Shown piece by piece: positions 9,310 through 17,116 of a DNA stretch of 32,000 nt; position 1 is the stretch's first letter, and each line of letters opens with the position of its first letter. A model generated the notes under the pieces. That model saw only the letters and a list, made by a program, of their open reading frames with translations, made no database searches and had not been told where the DNA came from. A program made the translations under genes and the position numbers. Source of the stretch: Ktedonobacterales bacterium (GTDB lineage: Bacteria; Chloroflexota; Ktedonobacteria; Ktedonobacterales; JADMIN01); contig CP126532.1 in NCBI GenBank assembly GCA_030167145.1, positions 2,400,001-2,432,000 on the forward strand. The letters run 5' to 3'.

Positions 9310-9339
9310 ATTGTACGCACTGCACATGATGCAGGTCAA
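9310..9339 (-). promoter_or_regulatory. Sigma70-type promoter for the acidic-ORF/SWIM operon
   Basis: Minus strand: TTGACC (9339-9334), 18 nt spacer, TACAAT (9315-9310). It sits about 85 nt upstream of ATG 9222. The spacer contains TGCA-N5-TGCA dyad symmetry. Confidence 0.5.
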
Positions 9340-9394
9340 AGCGGGCGGCGTCAAGGGGGAAATTCGCTTGCCCGAAAGACCGATGCTGAGACCG

Positions 9395-10327
9395 CTATGA
9401 GGTGGCCCGGCCGGGCTGCGCGCGACGGACCGATGAGGCGTTGGGCGTGTGGCAGCGCGGGCAGCGCTGCTGAATTGGCAGCAGGCTAAGTCGGCAATTA
9501 GGGCATTCCCGCGCGATGGGCTGATGGCAGTTCTGGCAATAGGCGGCGGCGGGATTGGTCCGCTGGCCGCAGGTCTGGCAGACGTGTAGCAGAATCGCGC
9601 CGGAGTCGCTTTCCGCAGGGGCGTGTGCGCCGCCCGCCGCCTCGCGCCGGTAGAGATCGTGTTCGAGATCGTCCAGATCGGATGCGGCGCGCGGAGCAGG
9701 GCCACTGGTGGGCGTGGAACGAAGCGCGGCTTCAGCCGCTTCCGCGAAGCCGGGCGCCGTGCGCAGCGCCTCGCGCACGGGCATGGTCGGCGGGGGCACG
9801 CGCGCTGCGGGAAACGATGACGCAGGCGGTGTAGAGGCGGCAGGCATCGCCGCCATTCCTGGCGGCACATAGGACGTTTCATCGCTGGAATAGGCGGAGC
9901 GCGGCGGCAACGGCGCCACCGAGGACGAAGGCACGAAGGCCCCAGCATTTCCCGCAGAGGAGCGCTGTGGCTGCTCCCAGCTTTCCAGCACCGCCGACAC
10001 CGCCGGAGCCAGCGCGCCAAGCGGTGACGCGGGTGGCGCAGCCTCATCTACGAATCGCAACGTGATGCCGGGCGCGAGCAGAATCTGGTCGCCGTGGACG
10101 AACGCACGCCGCTCGATGCGGTGGGCATCGAATACCAGGCCGTTGGTGCTGTGGAGATCAGCGATCCACCACTGGCCATTGTGATAGCGTAGCTCCGCGT
10201 GCTGGCGCGAGATCTGGCCGAAAGCCAGCACGATGTCGTTATATGCGAGGCGGCCAACCGTAAGACGCTCGCCCGCTAAACCCACGCGACGGCTGCCTTC
10301 AGGTGTCTCGATCTCCAGATAGGCCAT
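9395..10327 (-). CDS. FHA domain protein with C-terminal double zinc ribbon
   Basis: N-terminal FHA domain (LTVGRLAYNDIVLAFGQISRQHAELRYHNGQWWIADLHSTNGLVFD), a Pro/Ala-rich linker, then two C-x2-C-x10-C-x2-C ribbons (CQTCGQRTNPAAAYCQNC and CPNCRLSLLPIQQRCPRC). ATG 10327 (MAYLEIE) is preferred over the ORF opening at 10429. Confidence 0.85.
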   Translation of the reverse strand: MAYLEIETPEGSRRVGLAGERLTVGRLAYNDIVLAFGQISRQHAELRYHNGQWWIADLHSTNGLVFDAHRIERRAFVHGDQILLAPGITLRFVDEAAPPASPLGALAPAVSAVLESWEQPQRSSAGNAGAFVPSSSVAPLPPRSAYSSDETSYVPPGMAAMPAASTPPASSFPAARVPPPTMPVREALRTAPGFAEAAEAALRSTPTSGPAPRAASDLDDLEHDLYRREAAGGAHAPAESDSGAILLHVCQTCGQRTNPAAAYCQNCHQPIARECPNCRLSLLPIQQRCPRCHTPNASSVRRAQPGRATS

Positions 10328-10637
10328 ATGCGCCACTTCCGTTTCCCGCCGCGCCAAAGACGGCGGCGTAACCGATGGGTTTCTCGCCACATCGCCAGTA
10401 TAGCACTCGCCTGTCACAACGGGACACATCCAGCAGTACTATGGCAAAAATTGCGCGCGCACAAGCCCGCCCTTCACCAGGCGACTGACGCACGCCATGC
10501 GAACCTACAGCGCAGAGGGCAGCCGTGCGGCAGCACTTGCGCCCAGTGGTCATAGTCATGCATCATCTTCAGAGGAGAAAGCGGCACGTTATACGCCTCT
10601 CTGCACGCATGTACCGACAAGGAGCTTTCTGAGTATC

Positions 10638-11078
10638 ATGAGCCAGCACGACGACGACGTCTCCCCGCAGGGCACGGCGTCACTCCCCACCGAGACGGAC
10701 ATAGACCAGGTTGACCCCAAACAGCGCCAGGCTATCCGCGAGAACGCACGGCGCGTCATCCGCGAGAGCGGCATCGGCGAGATGCTGCAAACGCTGAACC
10801 GCAACGCGCTGCAGGGGCGCGGTTGGTTCGAGGAGTACGATTCCGGGGTGATCTTCAAGTGGGGGACTGGTTTCACGCGCCGGCATATCTGGGTGGATAT
10901 TTCCAGCGATCTGCTGCGCTTCCGGCTCCGTCCGCATATCAGATGCTCCGCGCCGGTACCCCTGTGCGATGGCGAATACCACAGCCTGACGCCGCCGATG
11001 TGGCGTCAGCGCGGCACGGTGTTGCACGAGCTGCACCGCAACTACGAACATCCGGTAGCCGAAACGTCGGAGGATTAA
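10638..11078 (+). CDS. Hypothetical protein, 146 aa
   Basis: ATG 10638 has AAGGAG upstream, though the 13-nt spacing is rather long. It ends 6 nt before the S9 peptidase start, so the two look like an operon. No recognisable motif. Confidence 0.55.
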   Translation: MSQHDDDVSPQGTASLPTETDIDQVDPKQRQAIRENARRVIRESGIGEMLQTLNRNALQGRGWFEEYDSGVIFKWGTGFTRRHIWVDISSDLLRFRLRPHIRCSAPVPLCDGEYHSLTPPMWRQRGTVLHELHRNYEHPVAETSED

Positions 11079-11084
11079 TCCGCC

Positions 11085-13136
11085 ATGCCACGAACGCTGA
11101 CACCAGACGACTTCTATGCGATCAAGCAAGTTGAAGACACGCGCATCTCGCCCGATGGCACGCGCATCGCCTATGTGTTCGTCGAGGTTGACCGCGACGC
11201 ATACCAGTATCACCGCTCGATCTGGCTGGTTCCCGTCGCGGGCGGCGAGCCAGTCCGCTTCACTTCTGGCCCGAATGACAGCGCGCCACGCTGGTCGCCA
11301 GACGGCCATTCGCTCGCCTTTCTGCGTGCGCCCGCCGGGAGGGTGAAGCCTGCCAACGCCAACGAGCGCGACCAGGGCAAGGGACAGCCGCAGCTCTGGC
11401 TGCTGCCGGTGGATGGCGGCGAAGCGCGCCAGCTCACTACCCTGCGCTATGGCGCTGGGCCGGCCGTGTGGTCGCCTGATAGCGCGACGCTGCTCTTTGC
11501 CGCGCGGACCGGCGACCCTGATGACGACGAAGCGGCGGACGCCGAATTGGCAGGCAAAGATGTGCCACGCGTGCGGACCATTACGAACCTCTGGCACCGG
11601 CTCGATGGCACGGGCTACATCTATGAGCAGCACGCGCATCTCTTCACCTTGCCTGCCGCTGGCGGCACACCCCGGCAACTCACCGATGGCGATTGGAACG
11701 ACGACGAGCCAGCCTGGTCGCCGGATGGTAGACGCATCGCCTTCTCCTCGGACCGCAGCGACCTGCGCTGGCGTGTGCCCGGCCCATCGGTCTGGGTGAT
11801 GCCCGCCACTGGCGGCGAGCCAACGCGCCTGACGAGCGAAGATCTGGCCTGCGCCGCACCCGCGTGGTCGCCCGATGGCGCGACCCTCGCCTTCCTGGCC
11901 GCGCCGCGCCGTGGCGAGACGGGCCACACCGACCTCTACGTCGTGCCAGCGCAGGCGGGCGCAGGCGATGCCCGCTGCCTGACACTCGATTTCGTGCCCA
12001 TCTGCGACGACCGCTGCATTGACGATCAGCGCGATCATACGCATATGCATCTCACATGGTCGCCAGATGGCCAGGCGGTCTACTTCCTGGCTTCGATGCG
12101 CGGCGCTACGCACGTCTATGCCGCCCGCCCCAACGACGACCTGCTGCCGTATCGAATCACCGATGGCGAGTGCCATATCTTCGCCTATTCGCTCGACCGT
12201 GAGGGCCATACGCTCGCGCTGGGGCAGTCTGATCCCCTTGTGCCCAGCGATATCTACACTCAGGTGGTGTCGTCGCCTGCTGCGGGCGAGGCGGCATCGG
12301 TGGCGCGGCGGCTCACGAACATCAACGCGGCGCTGCTGGCAGACGTCGCGCTGGCCGGACAAGATGAGTTTGCCTTCGCCACCGATGACGGCTGGGAACT
12401 GCAAGGCTGGGTAATGCGCCCGACCACGACTTCCAGGGGCAATCCTACTCCGGCGGTGCTTGAGATTCACGGCGGACCAGCGTATATGTACGGTTACAGC
12501 TTCTTTCTGGAGTTCCAGTTGCTGGCGGCTCAGGGCTACGCGGTCATCTTCAGCAATCCACGTGGTGGTGTCGGCTATGGGCGCGTCTTCACGCATGCCA
12601 TCACCCAGGACTGGGGCAACAAAGATTACCGCGACCTGATGGCGGGCCTAGACGCCGCGCTTGCGCTGGGCGGCATTGACGGCGCACGGCTGGGAGTCGC
12701 GGGGGGCAGCTACGGCGGCTACATGACGAACTGGATCGTCGGCCATAGCGACCGCTTCAAGGCAGGCGTCACCATGCGCTGCGTCTCCAACTTCGCCACG
12801 ATGTTTGGCACCAGCGACATCGGCTGGGAGCTGGCGGTGGATGAGTGGGGCGGTACCCCCTGGGACGATCTGGAAAAACTGATGCGCGGCTCGCCCATCA
12901 CCTACGTCGCCAATATCCATACGCCGCTGCTGATCCTGCATAGCGACAACGATCTGCGCTGCCCCATCGGCGAAGGCGAGCAACTCTTCTCCGCGCTGAG
13001 CTACCTGGGCCGCACGACCAAGCTGGTGCGCTTCGAGGGGCAGTCACATGGCCTTTCGCGCGGGGGACATCCGCGCTCGCGGGTGATCCGCTTCCGCGAA
13101 ATCCTCGACTGGTTCGATAGCTACATCCCCGCGTAG
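11085..13136 (+). CDS. S9 family serine peptidase (prolyl oligopeptidase / acylaminoacyl-peptidase type)
   Basis: Repeated WSPDG blades indicate a TolB/DPP-IV-like propeller. The C-terminal alpha/beta hydrolase has the nucleophile elbow GGSYGGYM, then HSDNDLRCP and GQSHGL for the Asp and His of the triad. GGAGGA SD. Confidence 0.92.
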   Translation: MPRTLTPDDFYAIKQVEDTRISPDGTRIAYVFVEVDRDAYQYHRSIWLVPVAGGEPVRFTSGPNDSAPRWSPDGHSLAFLRAPAGRVKPANANERDQGKGQPQLWLLPVDGGEARQLTTLRYGAGPAVWSPDSATLLFAARTGDPDDDEAADAELAGKDVPRVRTITNLWHRLDGTGYIYEQHAHLFTLPAAGGTPRQLTDGDWNDDEPAWSPDGRRIAFSSDRSDLRWRVPGPSVWVMPATGGEPTRLTSEDLACAAPAWSPDGATLAFLAAPRRGETGHTDLYVVPAQAGAGDARCLTLDFVPICDDRCIDDQRDHTHMHLTWSPDGQAVYFLASMRGATHVYAARPNDDLLPYRITDGECHIFAYSLDREGHTLALGQSDPLVPSDIYTQVVSSPAAGEAASVARRLTNINAALLADVALAGQDEFAFATDDGWELQGWVMRPTTTSRGNPTPAVLEIHGGPAYMYGYSFFLEFQLLAAQGYAVIFSNPRGGVGYGRVFTHAITQDWGNKDYRDLMAGLDAALALGGIDGARLGVAGGSYGGYMTNWIVGHSDRFKAGVTMRCVSNFATMFGTSDIGWELAVDEWGGTPWDDLEKLMRGSPITYVANIHTPLLILHSDNDLRCPIGEGEQLFSALSYLGRTTKLVRFEGQSHGLSRGGHPRSRVIRFREILDWFDSYIPA

Positions 13137-13149
13137 TCGCGCACGCTGA

Positions 13150-13193
13150 ACGTCCCGCGCTGTGGCCCTGCTGTGAGCCATCGCGCGGGACGT
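13150..13193 (+). terminator. GC-rich hairpin downstream of the S9 peptidase gene (possible terminator)
   Basis: ACGTCCCGCGC (13150-13160) pairs with GCGCGGGACGT (13183-13193), giving an 11-bp perfect stem and a 22-nt loop. There is no clear T-tract. Confidence 0.35.
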
Positions 13194-13226
13194 CGCTCTG
13201 TCCCGCCTCTCGCCCGCACGGCGCGG

Positions 13227-13302
13227 CCCCCTACCCCCTACCCCCTACCCCCTACTCCACTACTCCCCTACTCCACTACTCCCCTACTCCACTACTCCCC
13301 TA
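13227..13302. repeat. Two adjacent tandem repeats: (CCCCCTA)x4 then (CTCCACTACTCCCCTA)x3
   Basis: Read directly. The 7-bp unit occurs 4 times at 13227-13254 and the 16-bp unit 3 times at 13255-13302. The complementary strand reads G5-TA-G5-TA-G5-TA-G5. Confidence 0.9.
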
Positions 13303-13365
13303 CCTTACCAGCCATGTAGACGGATTCATGCGCCTGCCGCCGAACCCCCTCTTTTTCAGCCGTGC

Positions 13366-13394
13366 TTGACACAAATTTATCAATGCCGTAGAAT
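13366..13394 (+). promoter_or_regulatory. Sigma70-type promoter of mntR(-mntH)
   Basis: TTGACA (13366-13371), 17 nt spacer, TAGAAT (13389-13394). It is followed by an AT-rich stretch with TAGATTT repeated twice (13394-13407) before ATG 13440. Confidence 0.6.
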
Positions 13395-13439
13395 AGATTT
13401 TAGATTTGTAAAAATTGCATTTCACGGAGATACGCCCGC

Positions 13440-14150
13440 ATGAGTCCAGAATTGCGTGAGCTACCGATCCGCGCGGTGGATTGCCTCAAGTATGTCTACA
13501 AGTTCCGCGAGCGCGGCGAGCGTATCTCCACCTCGGCGATGCGCGAGCGTTTGCAGGCGTTGGAGCCGACTGGGCAACTCAGCGACGCCACTGTGACCCA
13601 GCTTTTCAAGACGCTGGCCGAACGCGGCTATCTGCGCCACACCAAATACCACGGCGTGGAGTTGACCGCGCAGGGTGAGGCGGCGGCGGTAGAGATGGTG
13701 CGGCATCACCGGCTGATCGAACTGTATCTGGTGCGTGAGTTGGGCTACAGCCTGGACGAGGTGGACGCCGAGGCCGAGCGGCTGGAGCATGCCGTCTCCG
13801 CTACGTTTGTCGAGCGCATCGCCCGCAAGCTGGGCTACCCAACTGAAGATCCGCATGGCGACCCCATCCCCAGCAGCACCGGCGAGGTGGTGGCAACGCC
13901 CACGCAGCCGCTCTCCGAGTTAACGCCTGGCTTGCCCGCAGTGGTGCGCCGCGTCAGCGATGACAATGCGGCGCTGCTGCGCTACCTGGCGGCGCGCGGC
14001 CTGGTGCCGGGCGCGAATGTGCGCGTGCTCGACCGCGAGCCATTCGGTGGACCGCTGCGCGTGCATGTGGGCGACCCAGATGACGGCGCGGAGCATGCCG
14101 TCGGGCCGCAGGCGGCGGCAAGCGTCGGCGTGGTGCTGGCGGGCCGCTGA
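13440..14150 (+). CDS. mntR: DtxR/MntR family metal-dependent transcriptional repressor
   Basis: Winged-helix N-domain, a metal-site/dimerisation region ([10 protein letters not shown]...[10 protein letters not shown]...DPHGDPIP) and a C-terminal FeoA/SH3-like domain. It lies immediately upstream of an Nramp gene. Confidence 0.9.
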   Translation: MSPELRELPIRAVDCLKYVYKFRERGERISTSAMRERLQALEPTGQLSDATVTQLFKTLAERGYLRHTKYHGVELTAQGEAAAVEMVRHHRLIELYLVRELGYSLDEVDAEAERLEHAVSATFVERIARKLGYPTEDPHGDPIPSSTGEVVATPTQPLSELTPGLPAVVRRVSDDNAALLRYLAARGLVPGANVRVLDREPFGGPLRVHVGDPDDGAEHAVGPQAAASVGVVLAGR

Positions 14151-14187
14151 TGCACGCATCGTTCTTGAATAGTCCGTGGAGTGTATG

Positions 14188-14217
14188 GCGTGCGATAAAG
14201 AGGCGTGCGATAAAGAG
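14188..14217. repeat. Perfect 2 x 15-bp tandem duplication GCGTGCGATAAAGAG
   Basis: Read directly at 14188-14202 and 14203-14217, in the mntR-mntH spacer just upstream of the mntH start. Confidence 0.9.
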
Positions 14218-14239
14218 CTAGGTGGGAGTTGGCGAGTAC

Positions 14240-15583
14240 ATGGATATCACCGTCAAGCCGTCCGAGCGTGGCGATCAGCAGCGCCCCGGCGAGTATTCCG
14301 CTGATACAAAGCGGGGCAGTGTCGCGACGGTTGCCGCGGCGCGGGCTGTGCTGGCTGGCGACCGGCGCTTCAGCCTGAAGCGCGCGCTGCCATTCCTGGG
14401 GCCAGCGTTCATCGCCGCCGTGGCCTATATTGATCCCGGCAACTTCGCCACCAATATCCAGGCCGGCTCGCAGTTCGGCTATCTGCTGCTCTGGGTGATC
14501 CTCGCCAGCAATCTGATGGCGGTGCTGCTGCAAACACTCTCAGCGAAGCTGGGCATCGCCACTGGGCGCAATCTGCCCGAACTCTGCCGCCGCCACCTGC
14601 CTCGGCCAGTAAGCATGGGCCTGTGGGTTGTCGCGGAGATTGGCGCGATGGCCACCGATCTCGCCGAATTTCTGGGCGCGGCGGTCGGCTTCAATCTGCT
14701 GCTGCATGTGCCGCTCTTTCTTGCCGGTCTCCTCACCGCCGTCGCCACCTTCGGCATCCTGGCGCTGCAGCGGTTCGGCTTCCGCCCGCTGGAGGCGCTG
14801 ATTACCGTGCTGGTCGGCGTCATCGCAGGCGCATATCTCATCGAACTTTTCATTGCCAAGCCACATGGTGGCCAGATCGCATATCATCTCTTCGTTCCTG
14901 GGCTGGCTGGCCCGGAGAGCGTGCTGCTGGCGGTAGGCATCCTGGGCGCAACGGTGATGCCGCACGTGGTCTATCTGCACTCGGCGCTGACACAGAATCG
15001 TGTGCGTCCGCGCAACGCGGGTGAGGCGCGGGCCATCTTCCGCTTCGAGCGCTTCGACATCTGGCTCGCGATGGGGCTGGCGGGTATCGTCAACGGCGCA
15101 ATGCTAATTATGGCGGCGTCGGTCTTCTTCAGCAGCGGCCACACTGGCGTCTCCTCCATCGAAACAGCGTTCCAGACGCTGACCCCGCTCGCGGGGAACG
15201 GGGCGGCGGCGCTCTTCGGCGTCGCGCTGCTGGCTTCGGGCCTCTCGTCCTCGGCGGTGGGCACGCTGGCGGGGCAGGTCATCATGGAAGGATTCACCGG
15301 CTGGCGCATCCCGCTCTGGATCCGGCGGGCCATCACCATGCTGCCCGCGCTGGTGGTGATCGCGTTGGGGATGGACCCAACGCGCACGCTAGTGCTGAGC
15401 CAGGTGGCGCTGAGCTTCGTGCTGCCGTTCGCCATCATTCCGCTGCTCTACTTCACGGGCCGCCGCGACATCATGCGCGGGCTGGTGAACCACCGCGTGA
15501 CGCGCATCCTGGGCTGGGGCGTCGCCGCGATCATCATCGCGCTCAACCTCGTGCTGCTGTATAGCACGTTCACGGGCTTGTAG
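14240..15583 (+). CDS. mntH: Nramp family divalent metal (Mn2+/Fe2+) transporter
   Basis: Nramp signature DPGNFATNIQAGSQFGYLLLW and many hydrophobic TM segments throughout. I chose ATG 14240; the in-frame GTG at 14222 is an alternative start. Confidence 0.92.
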   Translation: MDITVKPSERGDQQRPGEYSADTKRGSVATVAAARAVLAGDRRFSLKRALPFLGPAFIAAVAYIDPGNFATNIQAGSQFGYLLLWVILASNLMAVLLQTLSAKLGIATGRNLPELCRRHLPRPVSMGLWVVAEIGAMATDLAEFLGAAVGFNLLLHVPLFLAGLLTAVATFGILALQRFGFRPLEALITVLVGVIAGAYLIELFIAKPHGGQIAYHLFVPGLAGPESVLLAVGILGATVMPHVVYLHSALTQNRVRPRNAGEARAIFRFERFDIWLAMGLAGIVNGAMLIMAASVFFSSGHTGVSSIETAFQTLTPLAGNGAAALFGVALLASGLSSSAVGTLAGQVIMEGFTGWRIPLWIRRAITMLPALVVIALGMDPTRTLVLSQVALSFVLPFAIIPLLYFTGRRDIMRGLVNHRVTRILGWGVAAIIIALNLVLLYSTFTGL

Positions 15584-15882
15584 AGGCGAGAGAAGTCGAG
15601 CCATGAAAATGGTCGACGCACGGAATGCCTCTTATGGCCTGATGCCGTTCACAACACGCACGGGTCATGATCGGCGAAGCTAGCTAGTTTCCACCACATT
15701 GCACCTTTAGGCGGTGCTTCCTCGTTGCTGCTCGGTATTTTTCTTGATGACAACTTAACACCAGCCGAATACACTATTCGCGATTCGTGCAATAGGTATG
15801 TCGCTTTGGATCAACACAAATTTAATCCATTCGTTGAAATCTCATGCGAAAGGCTGGGGTAGATGACTCGACACTCCGCCAC

Positions 15883-16485
15883 ATGTATCCTGCATCCAAG
15901 CAAACTAAAGCATCACTGATCCTCGCCATGGAGGTCGTCATGCTTCTCGCTGTTCTGATATTCAGCCATAATGCCTTTGCTTACAACTTATTTGGCGGCC
16001 GTTGGCCCAATCAACCACACCGTGGCTGTTGCGCGCAACTTTCTCTTTACTATTCCTCTGGCTTGAAATCATACGATAAGACTGGTTGGCAAAACGGTCA
16101 GAATGCTTGGAACGCAAGCTCGGCCAATATCGTGTATTTGACAACAACAGATACCAGCAACCCCATCTATTTGCAAGACGGGTACTATAACAACGTGTCG
16201 TGGGATGGAGTCACATATCTATATCCGTGCAACAGTTGCACCTACAGCACAGCCAACGTGGTAATGAATTGGTACTTTACCGGAAGATATTCGTCTGTTG
16301 GCTCCTACTCAACAGGCGAGATCCAATCTGTGGCAGCACATGAGCTTGGCCATCTCCTTGGTCTTGCTCACAATAACCTTTCATCGTGCGTCTTGATGAA
16401 CGGTTTTACCGACCAGAGATGGGTACAGTGCCAGATCAAGACACCGCAGTCAGACGACGCGAATGGCGTAAACGCGCTGTACTAG
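15883..16485 (+). CDS. Secreted matrixin-like (M10-type metzincin) zinc metalloprotease
   Basis: Zinc site AAHELGHLLGLAHN (HExxHxxGxxH), a Met-turn candidate CVLMNG, and a C-terminal SDDANGVNALY that matches the matrixin DDxxGIQxLY block. The N-terminus looks like a signal peptide (...LLAVLIFSHNAFA). The ORF opens at 15844; I chose ATG 15883. The gene is visibly low in GC. Confidence 0.85.
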   Translation: MYPASKQTKASLILAMEVVMLLAVLIFSHNAFAYNLFGGRWPNQPHRGCCAQLSLYYSSGLKSYDKTGWQNGQNAWNASSANIVYLTTTDTSNPIYLQDGYYNNVSWDGVTYLYPCNSCTYSTANVVMNWYFTGRYSSVGSYSTGEIQSVAAHELGHLLGLAHNNLSSCVLMNGFTDQRWVQCQIKTPQSDDANGVNALY

Positions 16486-16508
16486 CACAAAGGATGGGAG
16501 ACTTATAT

Positions 16509-17090
16509 ATGATGCGCGCTGTGAAGATGTTGGGCATGTTCCTAGTCCTGGGCTTCATTGCTGCTAGCGCCACTCTCTTCGCAGGGTGCGCACAGTCGCA
16601 ACGGCAGGCTCAGCAACCCACTCCTACCCAGCGAGTGGTGTATATGGCGGCGAGCTGGGCGCATAGCTATCGCGACCTGAAGAGCCTCAAGCGCGACGCG
16701 GATATCGCGGTGGCGGGAACGATCACCAGTGTAGCGGGAACCAGTAGTGACACGGTTGGCGTGGTCGCTACGGACTTTGTGTTCAGCATCAACCAGAGTA
16801 TCTTCAATCCACATGGGCAGGCACTTGGCGCGACCATCACGATTCACCAGACCGGCGGCATCGTGGGCAACACGCGCTATGAGATGGAGGATGACCCGCT
16901 CTTCCAGACGGGCGAGCAGGTGGTGCTGTTCCTCCATGAGTACAGCGTCGGTCACTACAATGTCATTGGCGGGCCAACGGGCCGCTTCGAGGTGCGAAAC
17001 GGTGTGGTGCAGCCAGTCACGGGTGGGGGCGTTCAGCTTGCCTCATCCACATCGCTGGATGCGTTCGTCATGATGATTCAGCAGGCGTAG
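16509..17090 (+). CDS. Lipoprotein of unknown function, 193 aa
   Basis: MMRAVKMLGMFLVLGFIAASATLFAGC carries a lipobox (L-F-A-G-C). GGATGGGAG SD lies upstream of ATG 16509. No recognisable catalytic motif. Confidence 0.7.
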   Translation: MMRAVKMLGMFLVLGFIAASATLFAGCAQSQRQAQQPTPTQRVVYMAASWAHSYRDLKSLKRDADIAVAGTITSVAGTSSDTVGVVATDFVFSINQSIFNPHGQALGATITIHQTGGIVGNTRYEMEDDPLFQTGEQVVLFLHEYSVGHYNVIGGPTGRFEVRNGVVQPVTGGGVQLASSTSLDAFVMMIQQA

Positions 17091-17116
17091 ATTGAGTGGG
17101 GCGAACCCTGTCGGGA

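Noticed and set aside
9004-10047. 347-aa minus-strand ORF taken as a single gene
   Set aside because: Its first ~215 codons overlap the FHA/zinc-ribbon gene (9395-10327) in another frame and read as Arg/Pro-rich nonsense. Only the last 72 codons have a start codon with an SD site and a promoter, so only 9004-9222 is called.
10680-12596. 638-aa minus-strand ORF, the longest 'gene' in this region of the track
   Set aside because: It is entirely antisense to the motif-supported S9 peptidase and its upstream gene. The product is rich in Arg, Ala, Gly and Pro and has no motifs. It is a typical stop-codon-poor antisense frame of a high-GC gene. The same reasoning applies to 459-1370(-), 1408-2163(-), 6599-7543(+), 7999-8778(+), 18416-19306(+), 22261-23157(+) and 28064-28720(+).
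13227-13302. Possibility that the tandem repeats are a CRISPR array
   Set aside because: The units are 7 and 16 bp and directly abutting, with no spacers, and there are no cas genes nearby. This is a simple tandem repeat or low-complexity tract.
14151-14239. Mn-sensing riboswitch (yybP-ykoY type) upstream of mntH
   Set aside because: The spacer is only about 70-90 nt and most of it is the 2 x 15-bp duplication. That leaves no room for the four-helix riboswitch architecture, and I saw no conserved-looking core.
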